DNA of 64,000 nucleotides from a virus. Taxonomy: Duplodnaviria > Caudoviricetes. The notes under the pieces were generated by a model, which was not told where the DNA came from, ran no database searches, and worked only from the letters and a program-made list of their open reading frames with translations. Positions 9,353 through 18,327 of the stretch are shown piece by piece. How positions within the stretch are numbered: the stretch's first letter is position 1; each line of letters starts with the position of its first letter. The position numbers were made by a program, and so were the translations under genes. The stretch is taken from IMG/VR virus record IMGVR_UViG_3300047375_000738. One strand, given 5' to 3'.

Positions 9353-10188
9353 TAGTTGTGCTGCTGAACACTTACAACACACCCGTTTGGGTTTGTACAT
9401 ACACCACTTAGGCTAAATGATTTAGCAGAAGTGTCTGTTTGTTGACTAACTGTTACGTTATAGGCAGGACCATATATGCTTTCTACACTAATGTTTGCTG
9501 ATGCAGAATTCATTCCACGTTGGTTTAAATCAATTACATTGTAATTTCCTGACAACTCAATGTCAGCAGTTTTTTGTCCGCCATTGCCTTTCTGATAAGT
9601 TGTAACATCATTTCCAGTACCTGAAATATCAATGTCTAATAGATGCTTTTGATTTCCTCTTTGCGTCATTTCAACATCGTTGCTATTACCAGTAATTTCT
9701 GCGGTTAATTCATGCCTACCATAGCCTGAAGTTTGTTGATCAGTTTGTGCTGCTTTAATATCGTTATAATTTCCAGTAATTGTAACTGTAGCAGTGTGAT
9801 CACCGCCCTCTGCTAAGTCAATTGTACCATCAGCATGTTTACCTTGCCATATTACCAAGTCGTTGTTATCACCAGTAACTCGAGAAGTGATCATTCCACT
9901 ATCACCGCCGCCGCCTTGATAGAAATCTACATTATTGTTATCACCGTCTAACATTCCCTGGACGCCATGATACATACCTGTTTGTACCATATCAATCGTA
10001 TTGCCATCGCCTTCAATACCTTTAGTCTCACCAGGTATTCCACTGATATAATTTACATCCCCATCTTGAGTCAAGGTTAATGCATTATTGTCACCAACTT
10101 GGTATACATAAATTTCATTTGCATTACTAGTAGTCGTTTTGATTGATAGTAATATTGTTAGCGCCACCGACGCCCACTTGATATCCAT
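9352..10188 (-). CDS. curlin-repeat secreted protein (CsgA/CsgB-like)
   Basis: signal peptide, ANEIY, repeated G-x-x-N-x5-Q-x-G (GNSNDVEMTQRG, GTGNDVTTYQKG, GNYNVIDLNQRG). Confidence 0.75.
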   Translation of the reverse strand: MDIKWASVALTILLSIKTTTSNANEIYVYQVGDNNALTLTQDGDVNYISGIPGETKGIEGDGNTIDMVQTGMYHGVQGMLDGDNNNVDFYQGGGGDSGMITSRVTGDNNDLVIWQGKHADGTIDLAEGGDHTATVTITGNYNDIKAAQTDQQTSGYGRHELTAEITGNSNDVEMTQRGNQKHLLDIDISGTGNDVTTYQKGNGGQKTADIELSGNYNVIDLNQRGMNSASANISVESIYGPAYNVTVSQQTDTSAKSFSLSGVCTNPNGCVVSVQQHN

Positions 10189-11269
10189 ATTTGTAAAATC
10201 CTCCCTGCACCATGTCAACACTATAACTATGACTTTGACTTAGTCTTAATTGAAAAAAGTGTTGATCGCCTTCTGCTCTCCTTACTATAAAATAAGGATA
10301 TTCTTCATCGTAAAATATATTTGTTTCTGGATCTAGTCCAAAAAACTTTTCTTGAAAAAATTGTATGTTTTGAGTTCCTAGCTCATCAAACCACTGTGCT
10401 AATATTTCAGCAAGTTGTTTTTCCATAGCATCTATAAACTCTGAATTTAGATAACTTGTATTATCTAAGTCTGTAACCCAGATGTTTTTAATTCCTTCTA
10501 CAAGCGGATCTTTATCAAGTTCGTCAAACTTTAAAAAATCAATATCTAACAAATTTGTGTTTGGATATTGCCTTACTATTTCCTCTGTGTAAGGAGAAAC
10601 TTTTCTTATGATTAACATTGCGGTAAGCATATCTTCTGGCAAGTTTAGTGTAATTGGTCTTTTAGGCACTGCTCCTGCGTGTGCTACAACTGTAGTTTGA
10701 AATGCTTGATTCATAATAACTGTGCCTGCGTCTGATTCTACTTCAATTTCGCCAACAACACACAGTCCTGCAACATCGCAACTAGGCAATAGTGTTACCA
10801 TACTACCGCCAATCTCGTCTATAATCATCATAAAATCTGTGCCACGCACGTTGATAGTTGCACTTGGTGTTCTAATGTTTACTCTTTGTCTGCTGTTTTT
10901 TGCAATTTGTCCACTAGCATAACGTACTGCACCTAGTGTTGCTTTCATTGACAATGCACCTTTTTGTGTAGCAGGATCGTATATAAACTCATCTATAGTC
11001 ATACGACTATTTTCTGTAACATCAACCCTAGTGTCATCAATAAAATCTAAACGTAATCGACCTTTGCCTGTTACAACATTGTCGTTCATTTGTAACCCAA
11101 GACCTACTTCGCCTGTGTATGCTTCTTTGTCTCGCTTGATTGTACTGCTGCCTTTAGATTCGGCAATCTCGCCAATAGGAGATGCTTTGGCCATATCTAC
11201 ATACGCCAGCGCAAAAAATATTATGTATAAAAGTCTAGTCGGTTTGTGTAATATCAACTGTGTTACCAT
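10127..11269 (-). CDS. FecR-domain protein
   Basis: N-terminal TM/signal, D.V.TG.GR....F.DDT, ENS...IDEFIYDP, RTPSATINVRGTDF. Confidence 0.85.
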   Translation of the reverse strand: MVTQLILHKPTRLLYIIFFALAYVDMAKASPIGEIAESKGSSTIKRDKEAYTGEVGLGLQMNDNVVTGKGRLRLDFIDDTRVDVTENSRMTIDEFIYDPATQKGALSMKATLGAVRYASGQIAKNSRQRVNIRTPSATINVRGTDFMMIIDEIGGSMVTLLPSCDVAGLCVVGEIEVESDAGTVIMNQAFQTTVVAHAGAVPKRPITLNLPEDMLTAMLIIRKVSPYTEEIVRQYPNTNLLDIDFLKFDELDKDPLVEGIKNIWVTDLDNTSYLNSEFIDAMEKQLAEILAQWFDELGTQNIQFFQEKFFGLDPETNIFYDEEYPYFIVRRAEGDQHFFQLRLSQSHSYSVDMVQGGFYKYGYQVGVGGANNITINQNDY

Positions 11270-11987
11270 CCCCAGTCGAAGTCATGTCTACCAAGTTGTC
11301 GTTGATGCCACTTTGTGTAATAGTGTATACACTGCCAGCGCCTGTAATGTCTAATGTTACAGTATGCCCTAAACTATCGCCGTTACCTGATATTGCTAAA
11401 TCAACAATGTTACCAGGTGAACTGGTAGTTAATGTGTTATCATTTGCACTTGTAATTGTTGATCCACTTCCTGTTGAAGCACTGTTATCAATTTCAATAG
11501 TAATGTTAGCATCAGTGCCATCTAAGTCCATGTCAACTAAGTTGTAGTCACCGTCTACTGTGAAGTTAATTGTAGCATCGCCAGCGTCATTGGTTTCGCC
11601 AATCTTGAAGTCAAACGTATTCAAGTCGCCTGTTGTAGTAATATTTAATGTTACACTATCGCAATTTCCGCCACCTGCTGTTGCTGCGCTATCACACAAT
11701 AAGTCAACATTGTTACTGTCTCCAGTAAACTGCCATGTACCTGTGTAGCTATCACCTGCAATAATTGCATCAATGGTATTAGTATCGCCAGTTTGTGTTA
11801 TACTAAACACCATGTTGTCGCCATAGAGGCCAGCGTCTGTAGTACTGTCTCCAATTTTGTTATCCTTGCCATCTTGTGAGATGTCCAAATCTAAACTATC
11901 GCCAATTTGTGTGATGTATATCTCGTTTGCATGTGCTGCACTTACGAGAACCCACGATAGTATAAAACTATATAATGCTGCCCTCAT
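11235..11987 (-). CDS. curlin-repeat secreted protein
   Basis: signal peptide, ANEIYITQIGD, repeats SQDGKDN/TQTGDTN/TGDSN/TQSGINDN/TGDGNTVDITQ. Confidence 0.7.
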   Translation of the reverse strand: MRAALYSFILSWVLVSAAHANEIYITQIGDSLDLDISQDGKDNKIGDSTTDAGLYGDNMVFSITQTGDTNTIDAIIAGDSYTGTWQFTGDSNNVDLLCDSAATAGGGNCDSVTLNITTTGDLNTFDFKIGETNDAGDATINFTVDGDYNLVDMDLDGTDANITIEIDNSASTGSGSTITSANDNTLTTSSPGNIVDLAISGNGDSLGHTVTLDITGAGSVYTITQSGINDNLVDMTSTGDGNTVDITQTD

Positions 11988-12093
11988 TTTTGCTCCTCTG
12001 GGGTTTCCCCTAAATGTATTTACCTCGTGCCTCAACGAATAATAAATACACTTATATTTAGTGTAAATATATTTACAGATAAAGGCTATTATA

Positions 12094-12372
12094 ATGAAAA
12101 CTGCATACGTAATCAACGCTTTGAAACAAGCAGAACAAAAACACAAAGAACAAGAAGAATTCTGGAACTTGTTTAACGAGATTTGGTCTGATGAAGTGCC
12201 AAAACAATATTCTTTAAATGACGAAGTTGATCAATTACAGATTGATAAGATACAACGAGCGTTAGATGAAAACGATGGCAACAGAACTTATGCTGCAAAA
12301 TCACTCGGTATTAAAAGAGAAACACTATTAGCTAAAATGAAACGCTATTGTTTAAACTGCCACAAGTCTTGA
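12094..12372 (+). CDS. Fis-family HTH protein
   Basis: IQRALDENDGNRTYAAKSLGIKRETLLAKMKRY (HTH_8 pattern). Confidence 0.8.
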   Translation: MKTAYVINALKQAEQKHKEQEEFWNLFNEIWSDEVPKQYSLNDEVDQLQIDKIQRALDENDGNRTYAAKSLGIKRETLLAKMKRYCLNCHKS

Positions 12373-13127
12373 TTTGCACCTTGATAGATTAATTCAATGA
12401 CGCCTTGTTCAATTGCTTCACGCACTGCATAGTTTGTAGGTTCGTTAACACTATAACCTGTTTCAATTTCTAATGCCTTTGTGCCTAAGTCTAAGAATTT
12501 AAATACATCTGCTCCAGCACGATAACTTGCTATTGTTTTTTCTGATGCAACGCTAACTAGTACACGCCCTGTACTAACACTTACAATACGCATTGCTACG
12601 GTTACTGTGTCGACTCTGTATTCTGCTGCTGTTCCAATACCAAAGTATCTAGCGCCAGTGCCTCCTGTAGTAACATTTGAGTCATACCCAACTATACCGC
12701 CTTCGATAATTATACCAGCAAATTTCATTGGTGCTAACGGTGAAGCATTATCTTTTTCGTAGTTTTCTCTAGTGTTACGTATTAATTGACGCTCGCGAAT
12801 AATGTTGTCCATGCCCACACGTTCTACAACTTCAAACCATGTGCCGTTGCCTGCTTGTAACAATGCATCTATTACCCAAACTTCAGCGCCTTGTGTTACA
12901 GCACTTGACAGGTTAGCAACATTTTCTGCTGGCTTACGCTGCCCAGTTTTGTCTGTAAAACTATAAACAGCAATTGTCATCACAGGACCATTTAATGGCT
13001 TTAGTTCGTTAAGTTCTTCAACCATTGGATTATCTTGTATCTTTGCAGGGCTTTGTAGCTGTGCTGGAATATTTCCTGCGCTGCATCCTGCAAGCATTAA
13101 TGCTGTAATTAACAATAAATGTTTCAA
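12345..13127 (-). CDS. csgG: curli secretion channel CsgG
   Basis: lipobox LAGC; AVYSF.DKTGQRKP, AVTQGA, ERVGMDN...ERQ.IR, GGIVGYD, YR.D.VTV..R.V.V.TG.V. Confidence 0.9.
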   Translation of the reverse strand: MKHLLLITALMLAGCSAGNIPAQLQSPAKIQDNPMVEELNELKPLNGPVMTIAVYSFTDKTGQRKPAENVANLSSAVTQGAEVWVIDALLQAGNGTWFEVVERVGMDNIIRERQLIRNTRENYEKDNASPLAPMKFAGIIIEGGIVGYDSNVTTGGTGARYFGIGTAAEYRVDTVTVAMRIVSVSTGRVLVSVASEKTIASYRAGADVFKFLDLGTKALEIETGYSVNEPTNYAVREAIEQGVIELIYQGANQDLWQFKQ

Positions 13128-13597
13128 AAGTTAAAGTCTCCTGCACCAGGAATAGTTATTTCTGTGTAGCCATCTTCGCCATCAATAATAAGTGTAATAC
13201 TACCATCAGTTTCATCTTTGGTCCATGTAATAGTAGAGCCTTCTACTTCGGTTGTACCAGTATTCGAACACGCTGGCTGGTCTTCTTCGCCACATGCTGC
13301 AAACATATTATCGACCATTTGTTTTGATAGTGTAGCGTAGATACGTGATTCTAAGTTACGTATAAACTTGTTTAGCACTGTGTTTTCTAGTTCACGCTCT
13401 AAACGATCAGCTTCACGTTGTGCTTCATCGTCAATGTCTTTTTGTCTATTAAACTGTAATTGCTCCATACTTAGTACATGAGCACTATACCCATTGCCAC
13501 TAAACGAAGGTGATTTAAAACTATGCACCAAATCGGCACTTGCTGCTGGTGCATAGTTTGTCATTATAAAAAAGATTATCAAGAATGTGTATCGCAT
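13124..13597 (-). CDS. csgF: curli assembly protein CsgF
   Basis: mature N-terminus LVHSFKSPSFSGNG resembles CsgF F.F.NP.FGG; adjacent to csgG. Confidence 0.8.
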   Translation of the reverse strand: MRYTFLIIFFIMTNYAPAASADLVHSFKSPSFSGNGYSAHVLSMEQLQFNRQKDIDDEAQREADRLERELENTVLNKFIRNLESRIYATLSKQMVDNMFAACGEEDQPACSNTGTTEVEGSTITWTKDETDGSITLIIDGEDGYTEITIPGAGDFNF

Positions 13598-13601
13598 ACT
13601 A

Positions 13602-13739
13602 TTATTTATCTAGCAGGTCCTTGCGCTTGTTGAAAAACATATCCCAGAACATCCAGAACAATGCGCTAAGTTGTATTAGGATTGCACCAATACCTACTCC
13701 GACAAAAAAACAAAATGCTACGTGGATAAAAAGTTCCAT
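13602..13739 (-). CDS. small membrane protein (45 aa)
   Basis: own translation MELFIHVAFCFFVGVGIGAIL...; TAATG coupling. Confidence 0.5.
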   Translation of the reverse strand: MELFIHVAFCFFVGVGIGAILIQLSALFWMFWDMFFNKRKDLLDK

Positions 13740-13885
13740 TACTTGCCTCCTGCATTAGCTTGTATGATTAACCAAAGCGGTCCGCATAGTGCAATAAGAG
13801 CACCAAGCACAACATCGCCTAGTGCAATAAAAGTAATACCTAAGATTGTACATATGATAGCGTAAATAAACATTCCTTGTGTCAT
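13739..13885 (-). CDS. small membrane protein (48 aa)
   Basis: own translation MTQGMFIYAIICTILG...; AGGAG SD. Confidence 0.55.
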   Translation of the reverse strand: MTQGMFIYAIICTILGITFIALGDVVLGALIALCGPLWLIIQANAGGK

Positions 13886-13979
13886 AGCGTTTCTCCTTTG
13901 TGTTGCTATACATATAATATAGCATTAGAGCCGCAAGGATACAACCTAGCAAAAGTAGGGGTTTTGGTATAATAAGTTT

Positions 13980-15059
13980 TTAGAGGTCTGTGCCTTGCTC
14001 AACATCTTTTGTTGAGATAGTAGCAAGTTGTTTGAACAGAGGACCTGTCTCGACTATAATTTTATGTCTTTCAGCTCTTTTTGATCCATCATCTCTAACT
14101 TTTGCTGCACCATAACTATATCTAATCATAAACAAAAAATTCCTTTGCTGGCCGATTTCGTGTACATATAGTGTTGGTCTTCCACCTAATTTCAAACTAG
14201 TCTCTAAGTTTACATTAGCAAGATTTTTACGCATAGTTCTAATTGTTTGTGCAGTGTAATCGTTTTTACCTAAATTAACAATATAAACTCTTGGATCTTT
14301 CTTTGTAAGATGCTCATCCATAAATCCAGCAACATTTGTAATTAGTTGTATTTCTTTAGCAGGATCATCACCTGCTGTAAGTGCGTTCAAGTCATCACTA
14401 ACTTGCTTCATTATTGAAACAACATGTTCTGCCGGATTTTCTTCGTAGTTCTCAATCGGCTTTAGTGTGACGCCCATTTCTTTAAAGAACACTTGCATAT
14501 TTTCAAATGTTCTAGGCGATGCTTGTCCAATAAGATTACTTCCTGTTTTTAGACTCCAGCCTTTAATTGTACGTTCTGTGCCATCTTCTTTTTTGTAAAT
14601 TAAAAAGATGTCTGCTTTTGTACCTTTTTGATCTTCTTCACCTGCTGCTTTAACAACTATTCTATCTGGCTTTCCGTTTTCGTAAAAGATTTTACTCCAT
14701 TTTTTAGCATAGACATCACTGTTTGCAAATCTTACTGCACCATCAAGTTCGTCTGACATTACGCTAGTAAGTGCTTCAATATCTTTTGCATCTGCAATAT
14801 TTTTCTTATTACTAATAATATTTTTAAAAGCAATGCTATCGCCTTCGTCACTCATAAATGTTAGGCTTAGGTCTTTAGTTTTAGAAGTTCTACTTAATAC
14901 TGCTTTGACTTGCTCAGCTGTAACTTGTTCATCACCAATAATCATTTTTGCAACAACTGCACCGCCTAGCAAGTACTCTCCCATGTGTCCACGAGTTGAG
15001 CCGTGCTTTAATTTAGCTACTTTGGCTTCTGTAATATTTTTAAAATCACTGTAACGCAT
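13980..15059 (-). CDS. putative PD-(D/E)XK-like nuclease, possibly virion-packaged
   Basis: GEY...KADIFL...GWSLKT catalytic-like pattern; N-terminal ITE leader. Confidence 0.45.
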   Translation of the reverse strand: MRYSDFKNITEAKVAKLKHGSTRGHMGEYLLGGAVVAKMIIGDEQVTAEQVKAVLSRTSKTKDLSLTFMSDEGDSIAFKNIISNKKNIADAKDIEALTSVMSDELDGAVRFANSDVYAKKWSKIFYENGKPDRIVVKAAGEEDQKGTKADIFLIYKKEDGTERTIKGWSLKTGSNLIGQASPRTFENMQVFFKEMGVTLKPIENYEENPAEHVVSIMKQVSDDLNALTAGDDPAKEIQLITNVAGFMDEHLTKKDPRVYIVNLGKNDYTAQTIRTMRKNLANVNLETSLKLGGRPTLYVHEIGQQRNFLFMIRYSYGAAKVRDDGSKRAERHKIIVETGPLFKQLATISTKDVEQGTDL

Positions 15060-15082
15060 TTGTATATTCCTGTTTTATATAT

Positions 15083-15769
15083 TTATTCAATATCAGGGAA
15101 TAAACATTCTTGTACGAATACTCTTACGTCCTCTTCGTCAAGTCCTAAACTGGTCATTGTTTTAGGAGTATGTGGATTTTGTTTTTGGTAATGGGCATAA
15201 CGATTTTGTGCAGTCTTAACTTCATCTGTATCTGCCATATGATTGTGATTACCAATTTCAGTAAGATATGCATCAACACTATCTAAACTAAGTTCTAGTA
15301 GTTGATCAAGTTCTTCACGTTTGCTCACGTTACCTGCTGCTACCATATGTGGTGAGAAAATTGCTTGAGCCCACTCAGGTAGTTCACGTTCTTTGCGCCA
15401 TTCAAGTTTACCTACTTCGTCACCAAATGCTTCAATCATTGGATGATCAGCATCTACGGTTCTGCTGTAGTCGTGAAAGAATCCTGTAATTTTATTTTTA
15501 CCAGCAATAACATCTAAGCCAAAAACAGGACCGTTATTGTCTAGTCTAGGAAATACACAACAATGCATCATCCACAAGCCTTTGCTGTCACGTACATCAA
15601 CTACATCAATGTGTGCTCTGCGATAGCTGTCACTGCTCCATACTCTATTAAGCCAGCCTGGTTGATTGAATCTATCCATGCCAGGTTCTTGTATTTCTGT
15701 ACCTGTAGCATCAAATGCATCAATTAGTCTATCTTGTATTTCAATTAAGGTTTCCCAAACTTCACTCAT
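15083..15769 (-). CDS. ferredoxin-dependent bilin reductase (PcyA/PcyX family)
   Basis: NRVW....YRRAH, MMHCCVFP, FGLDVIAG..KITGFFHD, LP.WA..IFS, QKQNPHT. Confidence 0.85.
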   Translation of the reverse strand: MSEVWETLIEIQDRLIDAFDATGTEIQEPGMDRFNQPGWLNRVWSSDSYRRAHIDVVDVRDSKGLWMMHCCVFPRLDNNGPVFGLDVIAGKNKITGFFHDYSRTVDADHPMIEAFGDEVGKLEWRKERELPEWAQAIFSPHMVAAGNVSKREELDQLLELSLDSVDAYLTEIGNHNHMADTDEVKTAQNRYAHYQKQNPHTPKTMTSLGLDEEDVRVFVQECLFPDIE

Positions 15770-16947
15770 GTTCTCTCCGTTTCAATAAATTTATTCTCTG
15801 GCAGCGATCCCCAATTGTAATATACTAAATGGTCAACGCCGATTTTTTTAGGTTGTTCGTATGCCTCTGACATAAACAAAAGCAAGTTTAATTTTTCGTC
15901 ATTGGCTGTATAATTAATTTGTGATCGTAGTTGTTTCTGTTCTTCGTTGTATGATGATACTAATAGTTCGTAGTTGTGAACTATATCTTGATTGATCTGA
16001 TCAAACGGTAATGTATTCCAATTATCTTTAAGCCAGGTTATGTTTCTATATATAGTATCATATCTTTGTAATGTATTGTAAATGTGGTCGTATTTTTCTG
16101 GGAAGTATTTTTCAAACGTTCTATAGCCCTGCTTACTTAGGCATTCTAGCATCCGCGGCTCGGCAAACATTATAAACGGATGATGATTTAGTATTGCTCT
16201 CCATGTTTTTTCAGTGATCCAATTGCTACCAGTTTCAGGGCAACTATTTGATTCTGATATGAAACTAAAAGATGTATTTTCATACAGCGTGTGATCAAAC
16301 GGAACTCCGTCGTGATGGAAAGCGCCTCCGGCCTTAACGTGAGATATTTGATCTGGGTTCCGAGCATGTCTTTTTAAAAACTTCGCTACAAACTTTTTAC
16401 TTCGAATGGGTTCCTGGGCGTCTCTATTAGCCTTATGTACTACATCGGTTATAGCATCAACTTGACTATTGACATAGTGCAAACTCCATTCCATGTCGTT
16501 TGTATTTAATATTTCCAGTTCTTTAAATTGTATTAATGGCATGATCCTATTTAACTTGTCTGATTTACCTGATAGAAACAAGCCTCTAAATTTATCTCTA
16601 TTCCACTTGGTGGAGAATTTTTGATCTTGATGGTCAACACTGTGTAAAATTTTATGCTTGAAGAATGCATATGGTATTACGTATGGGTGATGAAATTTAG
16701 TATCTTGTAATTGTGCTAAGTTGCAAAAATGAAAATGCAAATAGTTTTCCTGCGTACAGTATCTATGAATATACTGAACGTGTTGCTGTAATAGACCGGA
16801 TGGGTACAATTCCCAAAGCGACGATGTTATAACTGTTATTTGATATTCTTTGAAGGTTTCAAAAAATTCCTTCATGTGTTCGACTGTGTTCTGGGCATTG
16901 TTAGCATCATCAACAGGAATATTAAAAAATGCAAATAACCTTTTCAC
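15766..16947 (-). CDS. conserved phage protein, possible glycosyltransferase-like fold
   Basis: FSFISES...ITEKTWRAIL..HPF; paralog of 60579 and 61606 ORFs. Confidence 0.5.
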   Translation of the reverse strand: MKRLFAFFNIPVDDANNAQNTVEHMKEFFETFKEYQITVITSSLWELYPSGLLQQHVQYIHRYCTQENYLHFHFCNLAQLQDTKFHHPYVIPYAFFKHKILHSVDHQDQKFSTKWNRDKFRGLFLSGKSDKLNRIMPLIQFKELEILNTNDMEWSLHYVNSQVDAITDVVHKANRDAQEPIRSKKFVAKFLKRHARNPDQISHVKAGGAFHHDGVPFDHTLYENTSFSFISESNSCPETGSNWITEKTWRAILNHHPFIMFAEPRMLECLSKQGYRTFEKYFPEKYDHIYNTLQRYDTIYRNITWLKDNWNTLPFDQINQDIVHNYELLVSSYNEEQKQLRSQINYTANDEKLNLLLFMSEAYEQPKKIGVDHLVYYNWGSLPENKFIETERT

Positions 16948-17483
16948 TCACTCTCCAACTCCTCAAATAATTGCATAGCAAATTGAAAACAAATATTTGC
17001 TTCTTCGGCCATGTCGTCGTGTAACATCGATCTCACTGTAGTTTTTAGTTCTTCTACATTTTCAAAATCATACATTGTGCCAGAGCCAGGATTACGTTTG
17101 CGAATCATTTGTCCGCCGTACATATCACCAAAGTGTCTAACATAAAGATGTGCTAGAAATTCGTCCCTGTGTTCCATGTGCATTACATAATCTGTGTAGT
17201 CTGCTACAACTTGACAAAGTTGCAGTTCTTTACGATCAATATCAAACTCTTCTTCTAGTTCGGTCATATCCGCATGGATATTATTTGCTCTAGCAAGGTG
17301 TTCAATGCCTTCTAATGCACCGTGTCTGCCGGCTTGTGCTTCTAGTACTGCATACAATGCCCATTGATTGTAAAGGTAAGTATGGTATTCTTCTGGTTTC
17401 ATGCCCTTCAATAACTTGCGGGCATGTTCTGTTCTTTCTGCTTTACTATGGTTTTCCCATGTAAGTTCTTTAAGTTTGCTCAT
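16944..17483 (-). CDS. hemO: heme oxygenase
   Basis: LKE.T...H..AE proximal His; HLYVRHFGDMYGGQMI. Confidence 0.9.
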   Translation of the reverse strand: MSKLKELTWENHSKAERTEHARKLLKGMKPEEYHTYLYNQWALYAVLEAQAGRHGALEGIEHLARANNIHADMTELEEEFDIDRKELQLCQVVADYTDYVMHMEHRDEFLAHLYVRHFGDMYGGQMIRKRNPGSGTMYDFENVEELKTTVRSMLHDDMAEEANICFQFAMQLFEELESE

Positions 17484-17782
17484 TTGTCCTCTTCAATTTT
17501 GATACGCAATGGAAATTTATTTTCCTTGCAAATACTTTGTGCTTCTAATGCCTTCTGTTCTGCTATTTCGTAGTTATACGTACCAACTATACCTGAACCT
17601 TCTTCGTGAATTTTGTTAGTAATTTCCATTGCTGTATGTTCATTATGATGAAAAATGTTTACTAACAATGCAATTACAAAGTCCATTGGTGTCTTGTCAT
17701 CATTAAGAAAGATCACATGATACAAACTAGGCTCTTTAATTTTAATTTTGATTTTTTCATCTAATACTACATCAGTACTCAT
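17480..17782 (-). CDS. clpS: N-end rule adaptor ClpS
   Basis: P.LY.VIFLNDDKTPMDFV, IH..G..IVG.Y..EIAE.K, FPL. Confidence 0.9.
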   Translation of the reverse strand: MSTDVVLDEKIKIKIKEPSLYHVIFLNDDKTPMDFVIALLVNIFHHNEHTAMEITNKIHEEGSGIVGTYNYEIAEQKALEAQSICKENKFPLRIKIEEDK

Positions 17783-17796
17783 ATTATTCTCCTAGT

Positions 17797-17821
17797 AAAA
17801 TGGGGGGATATTACTCCCCCC
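17797..17821 (-). terminator. intrinsic terminator after hsp20
   Basis: GGGGGG/CCCCCC stem then TTTT on minus strand. Confidence 0.55.
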
Positions 17822-17828
17822 TAGACTG

Positions 17829-18275
17829 TTAACCTTCAATTGCATCAAAGTTTTTGATAGAAATTTTCTTTGGTTTCTGTGCTTCTGGCACATTGCGCAC
17901 CAAATGAATGTTAAGCATACCTAATTCAAGTCCAGCTTGTTCTACTTCGATATGCTCTGCTAGAGTAAACTCTCTACGGAAGTTACGTCCGCCAATACCT
18001 TTATGTAGGTAATTAACGTCTTCGCCTCCTGGAGGAGTAGTACCTTCAATTGTAAGGACATTCTTTTCTAGTGTAATATCCAAATTGTCCATACCAAAGC
18101 CAGCAACTGCCAACGAGATCATATACTCGTCTTCGTCGATTTCTACTACATTGTATGGTGGATAACCTTGTGATTTACTGTTTGCAAACTCTTTGTTGAG
18201 TTGGTTAAACATTCTATCAAAGCCAATAGTTGCTCTGTGAAATTCAGGTAGGTTTAGTGTTGTTAATCTTGTCAT
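17829..18275 (-). CDS. small heat shock protein Hsp20 (IbpA-like)
   Basis: IGFDRMF, YPPYN, LAVAGF, YLHKGI..R.F.R.F.LA, G.L.I.L. Confidence 0.92.
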   Translation of the reverse strand: MTRLTTLNLPEFHRATIGFDRMFNQLNKEFANSKSQGYPPYNVVEIDEDEYMISLAVAGFGMDNLDITLEKNVLTIEGTTPPGGEDVNYLHKGIGGRNFRREFTLAEHIEVEQAGLELGMLNIHLVRNVPEAQKPKKISIKNFDAIEG

Positions 18276-18327
18276 TTGTTTCTCCTTATAAAGCAAGAAT
18301 TATATTGAGCCCTTTCGGCGCTCATGT

